64,000 nucleotides of DNA, taken from positions 1 to 64,000 of IMG/VR virus record IMGVR_UViG_3300009149_000022; one strand, 5' to 3'. The notes beneath the pieces are model-generated. The model was given only the letters and a program-made list of their open reading frames with translations, searched no databases and had not been told where the DNA came from. The DNA is from a virus. Position 1 is the first letter of the stretch, and every line of letters begins with the position of its first letter. The position numbers and the translations under genes are program-made. Positions 61,988-64,000 of this stretch are shown here, in pieces.

Positions 61988-62961
61988 AAGATTACAGACA
62001 TTTCTTATTCGAAGCAAAAGATTACAAGGTAACTTGGTTGAAAAAAGAACCTGTTAAATCATCAGTAGAAAGTAAAAAACTGAAAGAATTGATTGAAACA
62101 GGAACTAATGAACTGTATAACATTATACACATTACAGATAAAAAAATTCCTACTATTGATAAGGATGCACCTATATTAGTTTATTTTGGTACAGACAAAG
62201 ATGGTATTAAACTTTTAGAAGACCAAGGAATAAGTCAAGATGATGTTTATAATCGTACAGAAGAGGCAGCGAAAAGTATGAAAAAAGATGATTGGCATAA
62301 CATTTTAGGTGATGCTGATTGGATACCGAAAACCGTAATAGATTCTAAAAAAATTGATGAATTAGAATTTCCTATCATTGCAAAACCAAGTGAAGGACAT
62401 TCAGGAATAGGAATAATGAAATTTGACACTATCGAAGATTGTCAAAAAGAACTTGACAAAGAAGATTGTGACCTTGATACATTTAGTGAAGTGATTAAAG
62501 ACATTGATACTGAATTTAGATTTGTATTCGTTAAAGACAAATTGTTTTTAGTACACGAAAGAATTCCAATAGAAGAAATTAACAAAACTATTGACACAAA
62601 GAAACCTGATGAATCATTAGGATTCTTATATGTTGAGCAAGACCTTGAAAAAGAAGAATATGACATTTCTGAAATAGTAAAAGAATTTAGAGATAAAATA
62701 AATCTTGATTTCTATGCATTAGATGTAATGAGAGATAATAAAGGTAAGTATTGGGTAATCGAATCCAACAGTGCTATTGGTATGGGTGGTAATACTATGG
62801 CGAGAGCATATGAAGCAATATACAAAGATTATTATGGAACATCTGTACCTAGTGAAAAAACGGAAATAGTGGAAAAAATATGTTCCGAATATTACAAAGA
62901 GATAAATAAAATGTACCCCAAAGAGGTTTCAAAATCTAAAAATCCTAAAATTTACAATTAA
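61984..62961 (+). CDS. ATP-grasp (RimK-like) ligase
   Basis: IPKT, FPIIAKP..GHSGIGI, EFRF, ALDVM, VIESNS..G. Confidence 0.82.
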   Translation: MKDYRHFLFEAKDYKVTWLKKEPVKSSVESKKLKELIETGTNELYNIIHITDKKIPTIDKDAPILVYFGTDKDGIKLLEDQGISQDDVYNRTEEAAKSMKKDDWHNILGDADWIPKTVIDSKKIDELEFPIIAKPSEGHSGIGIMKFDTIEDCQKELDKEDCDLDTFSEVIKDIDTEFRFVFVKDKLFLVHERIPIEEINKTIDTKKPDESLGFLYVEQDLEKEEYDISEIVKEFRDKINLDFYALDVMRDNKGKYWVIESNSAIGMGGNTMARAYEAIYKDYYGTSVPSEKTEIVEKICSEYYKEINKMYPKEVSKSKNPKIYN

Positions 62962-63017
62962 TTTAAAATAAAACTTGTATTATTGTCCTTTAATTATTAA
63001 ATTGGTGAAATATTATT

Positions 63018-63287
63018 ATGAAATACACAGTAGACACTAAACTGAAAAAGATTGAATTAGAAATAGAAAATCCCGTGGATTCTAAAACTCTGATACAAAA
63101 TTTAGAAAAAATAGAAGAACTTTTTCCTGAATATGAAATTATTTCGGTTAATCAAAATACTCGCGAAAATGGTATACCATGGGTAAACCCATTAAATATT
63201 GGTGAACCGAAATGGCCCATTTTCCCTTACGATGGATCTTCTGGAAACCCATATACAATTACTTGTAACAACACAAATCAAACTTAA
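63018..63287 (+). CDS. Hypothetical protein
   Basis: 89 aa ORF. Confidence 0.5.
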   Translation: MKYTVDTKLKKIELEIENPVDSKTLIQNLEKIEELFPEYEIISVNQNTRENGIPWVNPLNIGEPKWPIFPYDGSSGNPYTITCNNTNQT

Positions 63288-63294
63288 TAATAAT

Positions 63295-63486
63295 ATGTTA
63301 GAAAGAGAAATAGTAGATAATTTGAACGAAAAATATAAAGGAAAATTTATATTTGAAATAACAGATGTCGAACAAGAAATTGTGGGGTTTGTTGATGATA
63401 AGACGTTTAAAAATATAATTGCTGTCATAGAACCCACAGAAAGTGAGATGAATAGACTTATCCAACACATCGAAAAATACACTTAG
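63295..63486 (+). CDS. Hypothetical small protein
   Basis: MLEREIVDNL start follows the previous stop codon. Confidence 0.45.
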   Translation: MLEREIVDNLNEKYKGKFIFEITDVEQEIVGFVDDKTFKNIIAVIEPTESEMNRLIQHIEKYT

Positions 63487-63521
63487 TATATATTATTATT
63501 GTTTCACTTAATAACAATTAA

Positions 63522-64000
63522 ATGAATAGATTAATAGAATTGATGTTAATAGTATATTCGTGTACTTTTGCTAATAACATTGAATTAAATGAAAAAAATC
63601 CTGTTAATTTCACTACACCAAAAAATATCAACGTAGATACTTTGATATGTGAAAAATCTAATTTTCATGAAAAAAAATCATTTAACGAATTTTTAGAAAA
63701 ATTGGCATTTAGAGAATCCAGTGGTAATTGGAAAGCCATTAATAGATTTGGTTATATGGGAAAATATCAAATGGGTAAATTAGCATTGCGGGATATTGGT
63801 ATGGATTCCATAACACCCATCAAATTTAGAAAAGATTCTTCTATATTTTCAGAAAAACTACAGGATGTTGCAATTAAAAAATACATTAGAAAAAATAGAA
63901 AATATCTAAAAGATTGTATTGAACGTTATAGAAACACTACGATTAATGGAATATTTATAACAGAAAGTAGTATTTTAGGTGCAGCACATCTAGTAGGACA
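63522..64000 (+). CDS. Lysozyme-like/lytic transglycosylase-fold protein (runs off the window)
   Basis: Own translation: LAFRESSGNWKAINRFGYMGKYQMG...QD...ITESSILGAAHLVG. Confidence 0.75.
   Translation, partial: MNRLIELMLIVYSCTFANNIELNEKNPVNFTTPKNINVDTLICEKSNFHEKKSFNEFLEKLAFRESSGNWKAINRFGYMGKYQMGKLALRDIGMDSITPIKFRKDSSIFSEKLQDVAIKKYIRKNRKYLKDCIERYRNTTINGIFITESSILGAAHLVG

Noticed and set aside
1-64000. tRNA, rRNA, CRISPR-Cas, reverse transcriptase or integrase genes
   Set aside because: None recognised by eye and intergenic gaps are short. tRNAscan-SE and Infernal were not run.

Overview
A 64 kb piece of a very AT-rich, T4-like large myovirus genome. The host is probably a Bacteroidota: there are no Shine-Dalgarno sites, leaders are A-rich, and a Flavobacteria-type lysozyme-like gene is present. 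Replication and recombination genes: split DNA polymerase B, sliding clamp, clamp loader, UvsX, gp41 helicase, gp46/47, RNase H. Transcription: gp55 plus a second sigma-like gene. Virion: portal, protease-scaffold, major capsid, gp2, gp4, sheath, tube, gp15, gp26, gp51, a tape-measure-like gene and a collagen-like fibre. Auxiliary: PhoH, ClpP, ThyA, amidase and two GT2 glycosyltransferases. Most notable observations: (1) DNA polymerase is encoded in three genes, with the clamp gene inside the first break and a naturally split Ser1/Ser+1 intein at the catalytic DTD motif. (2) Two GIY-YIG elements are each followed by an orphaned 3' end of their neighbouring gene (helicase, thyA). (3) An endonuclease-like domain sits in frame inside ThyA with no visible splicing element. 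(4) A set of late-promoter enzymes (Pol-beta-like NTase, ligase-like protein, HIGH nucleotidyltransferase, intein-bearing P-loop kinase, ATP-grasp) carries capsid-targeting or prohead-protease-like signals, suggesting an injected enzyme payload. (5) Two promoter motifs recur: GATTAAATA before late genes and TTTAATWAGTATAA before replication genes. (6) An in-frame TAA interrupts the tape-measure-like gene. All family calls come from motif recognition by eye; no database searches were run.
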